Shown piece by piece: positions 20,102-29,115 of a stretch of 61,960 nt of DNA. Origin of the DNA: a virus. Lineage: Duplodnaviria; Caudoviricetes. The position numbers and the translations under genes were made by a program. Position 1 is the stretch's first letter; each line of letters begins with the position of its first letter. The notes below the pieces were generated by a model. It did not search any database. It was not told the origin of the DNA and saw only the letters and a list, made by a program, of their open reading frames with translations. The DNA lies in the IMG/VR virus record IMGVR_UViG_3300020156_000031, positions 1 to 61,960 of that record; one strand, written 5' to 3'.

Positions 20102-20341
20102 TTAAGCCGGTATGATTGCCGAGATACGGCCCGCGACGGTGAGGCTCTGCTTCATGGCGTTGACGCGGTTTTCAGCGTCTTCCCATGAATAGGCCGGGAT
20201 GTCGGCGGCCCATGTCTTGCCGTCCATCTCGTAGTGAAGGGCGAATGTGTAGAGCGGGACACCCTGATCGTCGTATGAGATGCAGTCCTCGTCCGGTCCC
20301 TCGCGCTTGGCGCGCTCTCGTCCAAGGTCGATCACGGTCAT
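20102..20341 (-). CDS. Hypothetical protein
   Basis: Coupled ORF, start MTVIDLG. Confidence 0.55.
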   Translation of the reverse strand: MTVIDLGRERAKREGPDEDCISYDDQGVPLYTFALHYEMDGKTWAADIPAYSWEDAENRVNAMKQSLTVAGRISAIIPA

Positions 20342-20580
20342 CAGCACATCTTCCATACGGTGATTTTCGCCACCTGCCGCATTCCGCCTCCGGGCTCCAC
20401 CATGAAGCGATGAACCGTTGTGGCTTCAAGGCAGCGCTCTATCGTCTTTTCCGCGTCCCTGGGCTTCTCTGGCCGAATGACGGGCATTTCCGCTTCGGGG
20501 TTGACCGCCGCATAGGCATAGGAGGCGACCGACAGCGCCAGCAGGGCGACGAAGATCATCCACCAGAGCCATTCGCGCAT
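20341..20580 (-). CDS. Small exported/membrane protein
   Basis: N-terminal hydrophobic signal; coupled. Confidence 0.55.
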   Translation of the reverse strand: MREWLWWMIFVALLALSVASYAYAAVNPEAEMPVIRPEKPRDAEKTIERCLEATTVHRFMVEPGGGMRQVAKITVWKMC

Positions 20581-20777
20581 CAGTGCACCGTCACCAGTTG
20601 GATTTGATAGTCCGCGGCGAAGAAGAACAGATTGGAGCGATCGAAGGAGCAGGCAACCGCGTTGCCCTCGTCATCGAACAGCACCCACGCCTGATCGCCA
20701 TCGATTTTCGTCTCGCGGATATAGGCCTCGGTGACATCCTGCCCGTCCGCTTTCTGGATGGTCTGCATGGGCGTCAC
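20580..20777 (-). CDS. Hypothetical protein (65 aa)
   Basis: Coupled ORF with GAGG SD. Confidence 0.5.
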   Translation of the reverse strand: MTPMQTIQKADGQDVTEAYIRETKIDGDQAWVLFDDEGNAVACSFDRSNLFFFAADYQIQLVTVH

Positions 20778-20794
20778 CCTCGAATGAGAAGTAC

Positions 20795-21049
20795 TCAGCA
20801 GGTCGATATGGGCTGAAGGCGCCAGTAGTCTCCGGTTCCGGGGCTCATCCTATCCGGGAGACGAGGCTGATTATGCCACCACTCGCTTTCCAATGGGGCC
20901 CAGAACGCGGGAGAAGGCCAGGTCGAAGGTGTTGGCACCGGAGCCTTGCGCGTTACCTTGCCGATCTTGCAATGCCGGACCAAGACGTTCAGCCTATTCT
21001 CGTAGCGGCGTGCACGCTCTTGCTCGTCAACGACGATGGTGTAGCTCAT
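20795..21049 (-). CDS. Hypothetical protein (84 aa)
   Basis: GAGG SD; first ORF after the terminator. Confidence 0.5.
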   Translation of the reverse strand: MSYTIVVDEQERARRYENRLNVLVRHCKIGKVTRKAPVPTPSTWPSPAFWAPLESEWWHNQPRLPDRMSPGTGDYWRLQPISTC

Positions 21050-21071
21050 GGATGCCTCGGCTTTGGAATGA

Positions 21072-21102
21072 GAAAACCCGCCCTGCAGATTTACAGGACG
21101 GG
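21072..21102 (-). terminator. Intrinsic terminator after the late regulator gene
   Basis: Minus strand CCCGTCCTG-loop-CAGGGCGGG-TTTTC. Confidence 0.65.
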
Positions 21103-21154
21103 CTGGTTTGCCTTATCAGGCTGGCGATGTGGTGCGGCGATCCTGCCGCGAACT

Positions 21155-21796
21155 CTATGCCGCCTCTGCCTTACGGCGCTTCGCTTCGCGCTGGCGGCGC
21201 AGCTCGTTCTGACGCTCGGCCCAGGCATACTCTTTCAGCCCGGCATCGAAGTCGCAGATCAGGGGCCGGGAACCCGGCTCCGCATATGACTGAATTCCGT
21301 TGATGATGACACGTTTATCCCCGATTTCGGCCTCGGTTGGCAACAGGCTTTCGAAGGTGAAATCGTGCGTAGAACCGTCCTCCACGCATGATGTTGCGGA
21401 AATGATCGCATTTACTGCGCGATCCTTGCGCCGACGCCCCGTTTCCTGGTGAATTCCTTCATCGCGGCACCACTTCGAAAACGACCGCTTTCCGGCCTTC
21501 GAGATGGCCCATGACAGCAGGCACCGCCGCTGGCTTTCATCCGGGACCAAACGGATAAGCTCGTTGGCTTGTTCCCACAAGGTCACATCGGCGGGATTGA
21601 CGCGGGATGAAATGCGGTCGCGGTATTCTTGCTCCTCCTCATCGATCCGGTCTACGCCCCATCCATTCACGTCGGCCCAATCGTAGACATAGGGCAGGCT
21701 CATGGACTTGACCGGCGAGGGTCGGACCTGGATGGGCAGCCGGCGATCGATCTCGGCGGCGGCGATGAAGAGTTCCTGCACCTCGGTTGCGTTCAT
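21155..21796 (-). CDS. Putative late transcription regulator (DUF6362-like / Q position)
   Basis: Last early gene before the packaging module; AAEIDRRLP N-terminus and HTH-like segment. Confidence 0.5.
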   Translation of the reverse strand: MNATEVQELFIAAAEIDRRLPIQVRPSPVKSMSLPYVYDWADVNGWGVDRIDEEEQEYRDRISSRVNPADVTLWEQANELIRLVPDESQRRCLLSWAISKAGKRSFSKWCRDEGIHQETGRRRKDRAVNAIISATSCVEDGSTHDFTFESLLPTEAEIGDKRVIINGIQSYAEPGSRPLICDFDAGLKEYAWAERQNELRRQREAKRRKAEAA

Positions 21797-22251
21797 GCCC
21801 TGCTCCTTGCCCTGTCGTCCAATAGGTCCGGCTGCTCGACGCCAAACAGCCTCTTGATGCGTTCGTAAATCTGGCCCGCGATGGCGAAGCGCTTGGGAAT
21901 GATCCCGTCAACGTCCCGCGCCCAATCCTGCAACCACCCTACATGGAGCCCGTCCACGAACGAGAACCATTTTTCCACGTCCTTGCCCATCAGGTCAGGG
22001 AAATTCCTCTCTGCGGCCAGTATGACGTCGCTGAAGGCCCATAGCGTGGCGGCGTCCAGTACCGTCTTGCGGATCATCGTCTCGGCCCACGTCATGATGA
22101 CGAACCGCGCATGGTCGTATCCGCGCTTGTTGACGATCTTCTGAAGGCTGGCAACGGCTTTGGTCTGGCCCGGCTTGGCATGGGCGCTCGAATGGATCGG
22201 CTCTATGCCGAACTCATCGAGGATCGCCCTTGCTTCCGGGTGGTCGATCAT
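21793..22251 (-). CDS. Hypothetical protein
   Basis: Coupled ORF, start MIDHPEA. Confidence 0.6.
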   Translation of the reverse strand: MIDHPEARAILDEFGIEPIHSSAHAKPGQTKAVASLQKIVNKRGYDHARFVIMTWAETMIRKTVLDAATLWAFSDVILAAERNFPDLMGKDVEKWFSFVDGLHVGWLQDWARDVDGIIPKRFAIAGQIYERIKRLFGVEQPDLLDDRARSRA

Positions 22252-22955
22252 GGCCGGGTCCATCCGTTTCGCTTGATGAATTTGGAGACGGCAGACGGGC
22301 ACGACCCTATCTCCGCGCCGATGGCCGCGATGGTTTCGCCGCGGTCGAACATCTCCCTGACGATGCCTGCGCTATCCTTGATGCGCGGAATAATCTTGGC
22401 GTGGGGCCAATGCCTGTGCGCGATCAAACTCACAGTCGAGGGCGAGATTTCGAGCTTTGCCGATATCTCCTTGAACATCATGCCCTGATTCAGCATCGTC
22501 ACGATCTGGGCCTTGTGAAGCTCTTCCAAGCAAGGCCGGCGGGGCCGCTGTCCGATTTTCGAAAGCGAGTTCATGATCGACGTTCGGTCCTTCCCGAACA
22601 GCTTGCCGATCTGCCCGGCGTTCAGGTTATACTTTTTGCTCACCTCTCCGATGATACGATCGCGGGCCGCGACGATGGGCTTTCTCCGGTTGTCAGCCAT
22701 GATGTCATCAAAGCTGACGCCAAGAGCTTCGCATCGGTCGGCTATGAATTCGACCGGCCGCATGTTCTTGCGCTTCCGCTTGGGCTTGGCCTTCACAGGC
22801 TCCACAGGCGGCTCAGGACGCGCTTCGACCTTCTCCACCACTCTCAGGACCGGAGCGGGACGTTTCGCTATGGGTGAGCCCAGCAGGCGGTTTCTGCGGG
22901 CAATTGCTGCGGCTCGGGCTTGGGCCTCTATCGGGCCGATGGGATGGGGCATCAT
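22248..22955 (-). CDS. DnaA C-terminal-like HTH protein
   Basis: DDIM..RR..IVAARD...IGKLFG.DRTSIMN resembles Bac_DnaA_C, followed by further HTHs. Confidence 0.7.
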   Translation of the reverse strand: MMPHPIGPIEAQARAAAIARRNRLLGSPIAKRPAPVLRVVEKVEARPEPPVEPVKAKPKRKRKNMRPVEFIADRCEALGVSFDDIMADNRRKPIVAARDRIIGEVSKKYNLNAGQIGKLFGKDRTSIMNSLSKIGQRPRRPCLEELHKAQIVTMLNQGMMFKEISAKLEISPSTVSLIAHRHWPHAKIIPRIKDSAGIVREMFDRGETIAAIGAEIGSCPSAVSKFIKRNGWTRP

Positions 22956-23725
22956 GGCAACACCGCCTCGTACTGGATAGGCTTCGAAGCATTTTCCACA
23001 CCGTGGTAGGTGCCGAAGAAGCAGGGGTCGCTCAGGCCATATGGATTGATCTCAATAAGCGCTGGCTCTTTCCCGATCGGCATCCACAAGTCAAAGACGA
23101 CGGTGTCGATGTGCAGGACAGGCTTGAGCGTTTCGGAAAAATAGTGATCTATCTTTTCCCGTACCGCTCTGCCCCCGTCCGGCGCGGCCTTGATCGGCTT
23201 CCGATAGTCATAAGCGGTGACGGCAATCAACTCGCCATCCTTGACGAAACACCGATACTCGTCTTCCGATCTCAGCCCGTATTGCCACTCGCGCAGGCAG
23301 ATGAAAGCTGGTTGCTCTGGCACCCATTTGAATTCGTATAGGTCATCAAGCACGCGCTCTGACGCGGACAAGAAAAGGATTGCCTCTTTACCTGACACAG
23401 TGGCCGGTGCCTCAAACGGCCATGGATAATCCTTCGGTGATCTGCTGTTGAGCCGAACGAAATGCCTCCTCCAGCCCATGCGATTATCTATCTCAGCCGC
23501 GACTTCCCGCATGATCTCGCCCGGCGGGTTTCCGTCATGCATACCGAAGAACTCTTCAACAAGCCCACTAGGCACGCGGACGAACTCCGTTGCGAATGAC
23601 AGCGCTGCAAGGGGTTTTGGCCACTGGTCAATGAGGCATGGTTGGACACGCGCGAGCCACCTCAGCGAGGTTTCACGATGCTGCTCGTCGGTAGGCATTA
23701 CCAAATCTGGGATAGTGAGTTTCAT
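22952..23725 (-). CDS. Cdc123/R2K-like ATP-grasp protein
   Basis: FVRLNSRSPKD, EYRCFV, VFD and LIEINPY motifs; start MKLTIPDL. Confidence 0.75.
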   Translation of the reverse strand: MKLTIPDLVMPTDEQHRETSLRWLARVQPCLIDQWPKPLAALSFATEFVRVPSGLVEEFFGMHDGNPPGEIMREVAAEIDNRMGWRRHFVRLNSRSPKDYPWPFEAPATVSGKEAILFLSASERVLDDLYEFKWVPEQPAFICLREWQYGLRSEDEYRCFVKDGELIAVTAYDYRKPIKAAPDGGRAVREKIDHYFSETLKPVLHIDTVVFDLWMPIGKEPALIEINPYGLSDPCFFGTYHGVENASKPIQYEAVLP

Positions 23726-24036
23726 TCCGCCGCCTCCCGCATCGCTTCCTTCAGCCGCTGCTCTGCCACCCGTCTCCGGCCCGCTGCGCTTCTGGCCTGA
23801 AACACCATCGGCGTTTCCTTGATCTGGTCGGGGTCGTGGCGCAGCGCGTAAACCCTGCATTCCTCCGCATAGAGAGCCCGCCAGGCGTGCGCCTCGGCCT
23901 CCCATCGGTCCCGAAATGACCTCGGCTTGCCGTTGGCGCCCTTCAGCGTCATCGTCTGGCTGGTCCATGATGGGCGGAACACCGCGATGTATCCGTCATG
24001 TTTGGTCCAATGCGCCTCAGCCGTGGGGATGTTCAT
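23722..24036 (-). CDS. Hypothetical protein
   Basis: Coupled ORF, start MNIPTAE. Confidence 0.55.
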   Translation of the reverse strand: MNIPTAEAHWTKHDGYIAVFRPSWTSQTMTLKGANGKPRSFRDRWEAEAHAWRALYAEECRVYALRHDPDQIKETPMVFQARSAAGRRRVAEQRLKEAMREAAE

Positions 24037-25664
24037 GCTGCCTGATCCTTCATGATGTCCTCGACCATTTCGATGCGGGTGCCGATCCACCGCATTACGT
24101 TGACAGCCATGCTATTCCCAAGCGCTTTGTACCGAGGACCATCAGCCGCCGGTTTGCCGCGATAAGGGACATTCGTGTAATCGTCGGGGAACCCCTGTAG
24201 GCGCTCACATTCCCGAGGAGTGAGGCGGCGCACCGCCCATGTTTGCGCTACATAAGACCGGGATGAGCCGCCGGACGCCGCACGAATGTTGGCCGTCTCG
24301 TGAGGGCCCTCAAACTGCGCGCCCCCTTCACGGCCCCGCATATCGTAGGCTACCGCTGCGGGCTGGCCACCTCCAGAGGGGCTTGGGACTGTAAGCGTCG
24401 GGCTTATATCAACTCCAAACTTTGGTGTGACGCTTGTGGCTAAGCCATAGGCAACGGCTTGGACTTCCGACCGAGCTTCGAGCGTGTACGAAATGCCTTC
24501 CTGCACACCAACGCCATCGGGTCCGCTATTCGGGTTCTCGCGCAACGCACCAGCCTGGATTGCGATCGGCAATAGCGCACCTTGTTCATGAGGCATCCGT
24601 GCTGCGCTTGCTGCCATGCCAGAAGTCAGTGGATATGCCACAAGGTTGTCGTCATCTTCCTGCCGCCGACCTGCATAACCGCCCTCCCCTGCGCTCTCAG
24701 CGCCGCGGGTGAGTGTCTTGGCTACGACCGGAACAAGCGGCGTTCCCCGCCCCGTACCATCCTCTGAGGCGTCGAATCCTTCGCCCTTAAGGGTGTGAGC
24801 GACGAAGTTCTCCGTCTCCCAATCAAGGCGCTGGGCATAGCCTCGTGTGACACACGAGGCTACCGGATCGATGTGAGCGGCAATGTCATTGCCGCTGGCA
24901 CTCTCGTCTGTGCCTAGCTTGGCTCCGTATCCTTGAGTGACACTGCCAGTAATGCCGAAGCCAGTGCGGGCGGCAGAACTTTCCCCCGCTTCTCGGCGCG
25001 GCGGAGAATCCCCGCGCAAGCCTTCGCGCTCAAGTAATACCGCTGCGGCACGTCGCCAGTCTCCAAGATATCCGACAACGAACACACGCCGCCGTCGTTG
25101 AGGGACAGCCCGTCCAAACCCGTCCACTCGGATATATTGAGCGTCAAGCACTCGCCATGCGAGGCCGTACGCGCCTTGGTAGCCTGGGACAACTCCCGCA
25201 TTCCGCCATCCGTCGTGAGGGACTTCAATCCGTCGCCCGGAGAGCAATCCCAGAAGGCTTGCAAATCCTCGTCCTCCATCGTCCGAAAGGACGCCGGGGA
25301 CGTTTTCCCAGACCACCCACGAGGGGCGATATCGTTGAGCAATGGCACCAAAGGTGAGCATGAGGTTGCCACGAGGGTCATCCAGTCCCTTGCGGAGCCC
25401 CGCGACGGAGAAGGATTGGCATGGGGTTCCGCCGACAAGAAGGTCAATTGCATAGTCAGGCCACTCCTCGAATTTTGTCATGTCGCCAAGGTTCGGGACA
25501 CCGTTGGTCGTCAGCGCATCTCCGGGCATGTTGCTTCCGTAGTGATGAGCCAGCACCGCGGACGGAAACTTTTCGATCTCGCTGAAGAAAGCGGGCGTCC
25601 AGCCGAGGGGATGCCATGCCTGGGTCGCGGCCTCGATGCCGCTGCAAACGGAGCCGTACCTCAT
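24033..25664 (-). CDS. C5 DNA cytosine methyltransferase
   Basis: CSGI (motif I), GGTPCQSFS (IV), ENV (VI), QRRRRVF (VIII), RRLTPRECERLQGFP (IX), GNS (X). Confidence 0.92.
   Translation of the reverse strand: MRYGSVCSGIEAATQAWHPLGWTPAFFSEIEKFPSAVLAHHYGSNMPGDALTTNGVPNLGDMTKFEEWPDYAIDLLVGGTPCQSFSVAGLRKGLDDPRGNLMLTFGAIAQRYRPSWVVWENVPGVLSDDGGRGFASLLGLLSGRRIEVPHDGWRNAGVVPGYQGAYGLAWRVLDAQYIRVDGFGRAVPQRRRRVFVVGYLGDWRRAAAVLLEREGLRGDSPPRREAGESSAARTGFGITGSVTQGYGAKLGTDESASGNDIAAHIDPVASCVTRGYAQRLDWETENFVAHTLKGEGFDASEDGTGRGTPLVPVVAKTLTRGAESAGEGGYAGRRQEDDDNLVAYPLTSGMAASAARMPHEQGALLPIAIQAGALRENPNSGPDGVGVQEGISYTLEARSEVQAVAYGLATSVTPKFGVDISPTLTVPSPSGGGQPAAVAYDMRGREGGAQFEGPHETANIRAASGGSSRSYVAQTWAVRRLTPRECERLQGFPDDYTNVPYRGKPAADGPRYKALGNSMAVNVMRWIGTRIEMVEDIMKDQAA
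24914..25453 (-). CDS. Nested alternative-frame polypeptide within the methyltransferase gene
   Basis: GAGGAG SD 10 nt before ATG; SLSDILE..YYLS..AC.GILRRA motif. Confidence 0.65.
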   Translation of the reverse strand: MQLTFLSAEPHANPSPSRGSARDWMTLVATSCSPLVPLLNDIAPRGWSGKTSPASFRTMEDEDLQAFWDCSPGDGLKSLTTDGGMRELSQATKARTASHGECLTLNISEWTGLDGLSLNDGGVCSLSDILETGDVPQRYYLSAKACAGILRRAEKRGKVLPPALASALLAVSLKDTEPS

Positions 25665-25727
25665 GCAAAAAGCCCTCGTCCGTTCATCGCCTGTGCAAAC
25701 GGCGGTCCGTAGCTGGTCGTGGTGCCG

Positions 25728-27287
25728 TTACCCTGCATTGGCGCGAATCCTCCACATTGGCTCGATGCCGTTCATGCTCTCGTATCCCTCGATGTCTGGG
25801 AGATAGCGTAGGGTCACGTCGCCCTTCTTGCCGGACCATGAAAAGCGGGCCTTCTTGACCCACACGACGGTTTCGTCGTCGTCGGGGTTGGGCACGTCGA
25901 TCACCACGCCGTGGTCGGGCTTGTTGTACCAGGCGGCGGAACCCTCGATGTCGTAGAGCGTCGGCACACGGCTCTTGCCCTCCCTGCCGACTTCCTTCGT
26001 CGGGTGAGCCAGCACGATCGCCAGCACCTTGTACTGGAGCGCGAAACGGCGGATCTGCCGAAGTGCGCGGTTCACATATTGCGTCTCGCTCTCATTCTTC
26101 GGCCGGGAATGCTCAACCTCGTTCCATGGATCGATGACCAGCACCTTGATTCCGTCCCGGATCACAGCATCGGCAGCGCGATCAAGAAGCCATTCCAGCG
26201 TCATGTCTTCGTCACTATCGCCCGTAGGATCAGCGTCGATGAAAACAAACTTGCGCTGTATGAACACGTCGGCTTCCGCGATCATCTCCCGGTTCCACGA
26301 CGAAGCCGGCCGCTGTAGGAACGCCAGTCTCAGCTTGAAGCGAAGCGCAGGAACCGTGGGGATTTCGAACGACGCGACCGCAATGGTCCAACCATGACGG
26401 CGAGCAAGATTGGTGCAGAGGTTCATGGTCCACGTCGATTTTCCGTGACCTGGAATGCCGGTGATCACCAGCAACTCGCCAAGCCACAGGCGCAAATGCG
26501 GGTCAAGGTCAGTCCAACCGGTCGAGAAGGTGCGGGGCTCCTCTGTCTCGGGGTAGTCGTCCAGGCGGTAAACGCCTTTCACCGGATACGGTCGGGCCTC
26601 ATTGAGAACACGAACAACGGCATCGGGACCGAAATTCATCCTGACATCGTTGAGGTCTTTGCACCCCTCGGGATAGACTACGAACGAACACCTCGCCGGC
26701 CCGAACCGCCGCACCAGTTCTGCCGAAAGGCGACGTCCTGGACCATCGTTGTCAGCAGCGATGATGAACCGCTTGATCTTCTTGATGCGGTGCCGATTAT
26801 TCCAGACGAACTCAAACTTGCCCTTCGCGTCTTCTTCCGGATCGGCTTCGTCAACTTCTTCCGGCTCCTTGCCTTCCGGCACGGGCGGGGCGCCATCGGG
26901 AACCGAGACTGTGAGGTAGAACCCGCAATCGATCGCCGTCAGCGCGTCAAGCTCTCCTTCAGTCACTACGAGCGGCTTATGCCCCTCGGCAAGCGCCGGA
27001 TCGTCCATGCAGTCGGCATTCCAGAATGTCTTGCGCCCGCCGGCGCGTTGCCAGAATTTCTTGCCGGGTGCCCGATACTTCTCCCCGACCACCGCGCCGC
27101 CATCGATGAATGGGAAAACGATGATGTTACCGTCTTCCGCCGGGACAACCGATGTCTCGCCGCTTTCATCGCGCACCGACTTAGCCGTAAACACTCCTGA
27201 AAGTCTTGCTACGTCCAGACTGATTTGCCGGTTTGCGAACGCCTTCTGCCCGATAGGTCCCAGCGCGTTTGTTGTCGTACCATTCAC
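25728..27287 (-). CDS. Toprim primase + SF4 helicase (Twinkle/T7 gp4-like)
   Basis: TEGELD, DND and KDLND Toprim motifs; GIPGHGKST Walker A, IDP, AHP; probable GTG start with GGAG SD. Confidence 0.88.
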   Translation of the reverse strand: MNGTTTNALGPIGQKAFANRQISLDVARLSGVFTAKSVRDESGETSVVPAEDGNIIVFPFIDGGAVVGEKYRAPGKKFWQRAGGRKTFWNADCMDDPALAEGHKPLVVTEGELDALTAIDCGFYLTVSVPDGAPPVPEGKEPEEVDEADPEEDAKGKFEFVWNNRHRIKKIKRFIIAADNDGPGRRLSAELVRRFGPARCSFVVYPEGCKDLNDVRMNFGPDAVVRVLNEARPYPVKGVYRLDDYPETEEPRTFSTGWTDLDPHLRLWLGELLVITGIPGHGKSTWTMNLCTNLARRHGWTIAVASFEIPTVPALRFKLRLAFLQRPASSWNREMIAEADVFIQRKFVFIDADPTGDSDEDMTLEWLLDRAADAVIRDGIKVLVIDPWNEVEHSRPKNESETQYVNRALRQIRRFALQYKVLAIVLAHPTKEVGREGKSRVPTLYDIEGSAAWYNKPDHGVVIDVPNPDDDETVVWVKKARFSWSGKKGDVTLRYLPDIEGYESMNGIEPMWRIRANAG

Positions 27288-27474
27288 CGCCGTGTTCTCC
27301 GCAATGGTGGCAATTCCACCGAACGCCTTCCGTGCCGATCTCAACCGACAGGCACGGTTCCTTCTTGTTTCGCCGGCCCGGTGAGCACTTCGGGCAGGTG
27401 GTTTTCTGATTGCCGGACACTTCGCGACGGACGCGGATGCCGTGAGCCGACAAGATTTCGCTTGCGGTTCTCAT
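27181..27474 (-). CDS. Stand-alone primase zinc-binding domain
   Basis: CPKC...CLSV...WNCHHCG. Confidence 0.75.
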   Translation of the reverse strand: MRTASEILSAHGIRVRREVSGNQKTTCPKCSPGRRNKKEPCLSVEIGTEGVRWNCHHCGEHGGEWYDNKRAGTYRAEGVRKPANQSGRSKTFRSVYG

Positions 27475-28181
27475 ATCCGTCCATCGATGTGCTGATAGGT
27501 GCTGCGGCTGCGATCACGGCCGAACTTGCTGCGCCTGTCGTCTGCCGCCTTGCGAATCCAGTTCCGCCAGGTGCTCGTCCAGTCGATCTTGGTTCCCGCC
27601 TGACCGCCCTTGCCTCGCCAGTGATCGCGGAAACGGTCGGCTTCGCGGTTTGCCTCGGCAGCAGTCAAACCCTCGGAGATCGCAAAATCGATATCCGGTT
27701 GCCAATCTGGAGAAAGCCTGGTCGCTCTTTTTGAAGAACCGCTAGGTTCTTCTTTTTCTTTCTTATCTTCTCTCTTCTTATCTGCTTCAACAGACCGTGA
27801 AGCAATTGCTTGGCTCACATCTATGTTTTCCAATGACTTAGACCGTGAGATTGCGCTTTCGATCCCGCCCCGACTTCCCGCCGACTTGCGTTCGACGCTC
27901 ACTCGGTCACGGGTCGAAATCTCTTCGATCGCCCGCCGGTTCGAAATGAAACCGAGTTCGCGGGTGAGTTTTCCAGCTGCGACGAGCTCGCTGAGGAGCC
28001 GTTCTGCCTTGCGGTCGTTGCAGCGCAGGAGACCCGCGACGATAAATTTATTGTCCGCTACCGGCCTCCCGGTGACGTACATGGCATGGCAGATGCGAAG
28101 ATATGCCGCCTCCTGCTCAAGCGTCAGGTCGTCGGTTCCCTCGTTCCAATCCACCGGATGCATCTTGTACCAGTCGGTCAT
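27471..28181 (-). CDS. Replication initiator (DUF1376/YdaU-like)
   Basis: WY....DW..T..LT.E..AY N-terminus, K/E-rich linker, DWTSTWRNWI C-terminus. Confidence 0.75.
   Translation of the reverse strand: MTDWYKMHPVDWNEGTDDLTLEQEAAYLRICHAMYVTGRPVADNKFIVAGLLRCNDRKAERLLSELVAAGKLTRELGFISNRRAIEEISTRDRVSVERKSAGSRGGIESAISRSKSLENIDVSQAIASRSVEADKKREDKKEKEEPSGSSKRATRLSPDWQPDIDFAISEGLTAAEANREADRFRDHWRGKGGQAGTKIDWTSTWRNWIRKAADDRRSKFGRDRSRSTYQHIDGRI
27720..27848. other. Possible replication origin within the initiator gene
   Basis: AT-rich pyrimidine tract, two AGACCGTGA copies (27792, 27840) and palindrome AAGCAATTGCTT. Confidence 0.35.
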
Positions 28182-28444
28182 GGCGCGTTCTCCTGCTCGT
28201 CGCGGGCCTGGGCATAGGCCAGATAAAGGCGGGACGCTGTAAGCCTGTCCTCGGGCTCGCCAGAGCGCTTTGCGAGGTCAACCGCGTCCAGGTATTCGTC
28301 CCACTTGATTTGAAGTTCAGGGCAGCCCGTATGGGCCTCAGAGCCGCGCTCGATCTCCGCGCGGGCCAGTTCGTCCGACAAGCGAGCGAACGGCGGCACG
28401 ACGGCGGCAAAGCGGGGCTGATGCTTGAGGGCGAAGCGGCTCAT
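28178..28444 (-). CDS. Hypothetical protein
   Basis: Coupled ORF. Confidence 0.55.
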   Translation of the reverse strand: MSRFALKHQPRFAAVVPPFARLSDELARAEIERGSEAHTGCPELQIKWDEYLDAVDLAKRSGEPEDRLTASRLYLAYAQARDEQENAP

Positions 28445-29115
28445 GCTGCGTCTCCAAACAACTCGCCCTGCCGAGCATCCTTGCGATCGAGCATCCGCAG
28501 CACGGTTTCACCCTGCCATTTTCGATCCCACACGAACCAGGCGTTGAGCATCGGCGGCGCGCCCTGCCCCGTGAAATCGATCTTCCACCGCATGAGGTAG
28601 ACTCGCGCTGGCGGATGCTGGGCATAGAACGGGCCGAGTCCGCCGGCGCCGGGCCATCCCCAATTCATCAGGAGGGCCATGTAATCCACGTCCAGCGTGT
28701 CGAGCGCGTGCTTCAGCCAACGGGCCTTGCCGTTGCCCCAGCCGCATTCCCCGAAAGGAGGATTTGTCACAATCGCTTTCGGGCCGCTGGTGAAATCATA
28801 GAAGCTGGCGATCATCGCGCCGCAGCCCCGATCCACCATATCCGACTGTTGGACCTTGAGGCCGAGCGATTCCATCTCGCGCACCATGGCGCCGTCGCCG
28901 CAGGCCGGCTCCCAAACGCAAGGGAATTCCCTCAGCCGGTCGATTTCGGCATGGAGGAAAGCCCGCGTCGGTTCGGGCGGCGTCGGGTAGAAATCATCCT
29001 TCTCGCGCTCGAGGTCGTCGGTCTTGATGATTGAACCGTCCAACTGCCGGACGGCGACCGGCTTTGACTTCTTGCCGGTGGCGCGGAACAGCCCGCGTGC
29101 TGATACCGCCGTCAT
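28441..29115 (-). CDS. Putative amino (N6A/N4C) DNA methyltransferase
   Basis: DFYPTP, EPACGDG (SAM binding), NPPF (catalytic). Confidence 0.8.
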   Translation of the reverse strand: MTAVSARGLFRATGKKSKPVAVRQLDGSIIKTDDLEREKDDFYPTPPEPTRAFLHAEIDRLREFPCVWEPACGDGAMVREMESLGLKVQQSDMVDRGCGAMIASFYDFTSGPKAIVTNPPFGECGWGNGKARWLKHALDTLDVDYMALLMNWGWPGAGGLGPFYAQHPPARVYLMRWKIDFTGQGAPPMLNAWFVWDRKWQGETVLRMLDRKDARQGELFGDAA

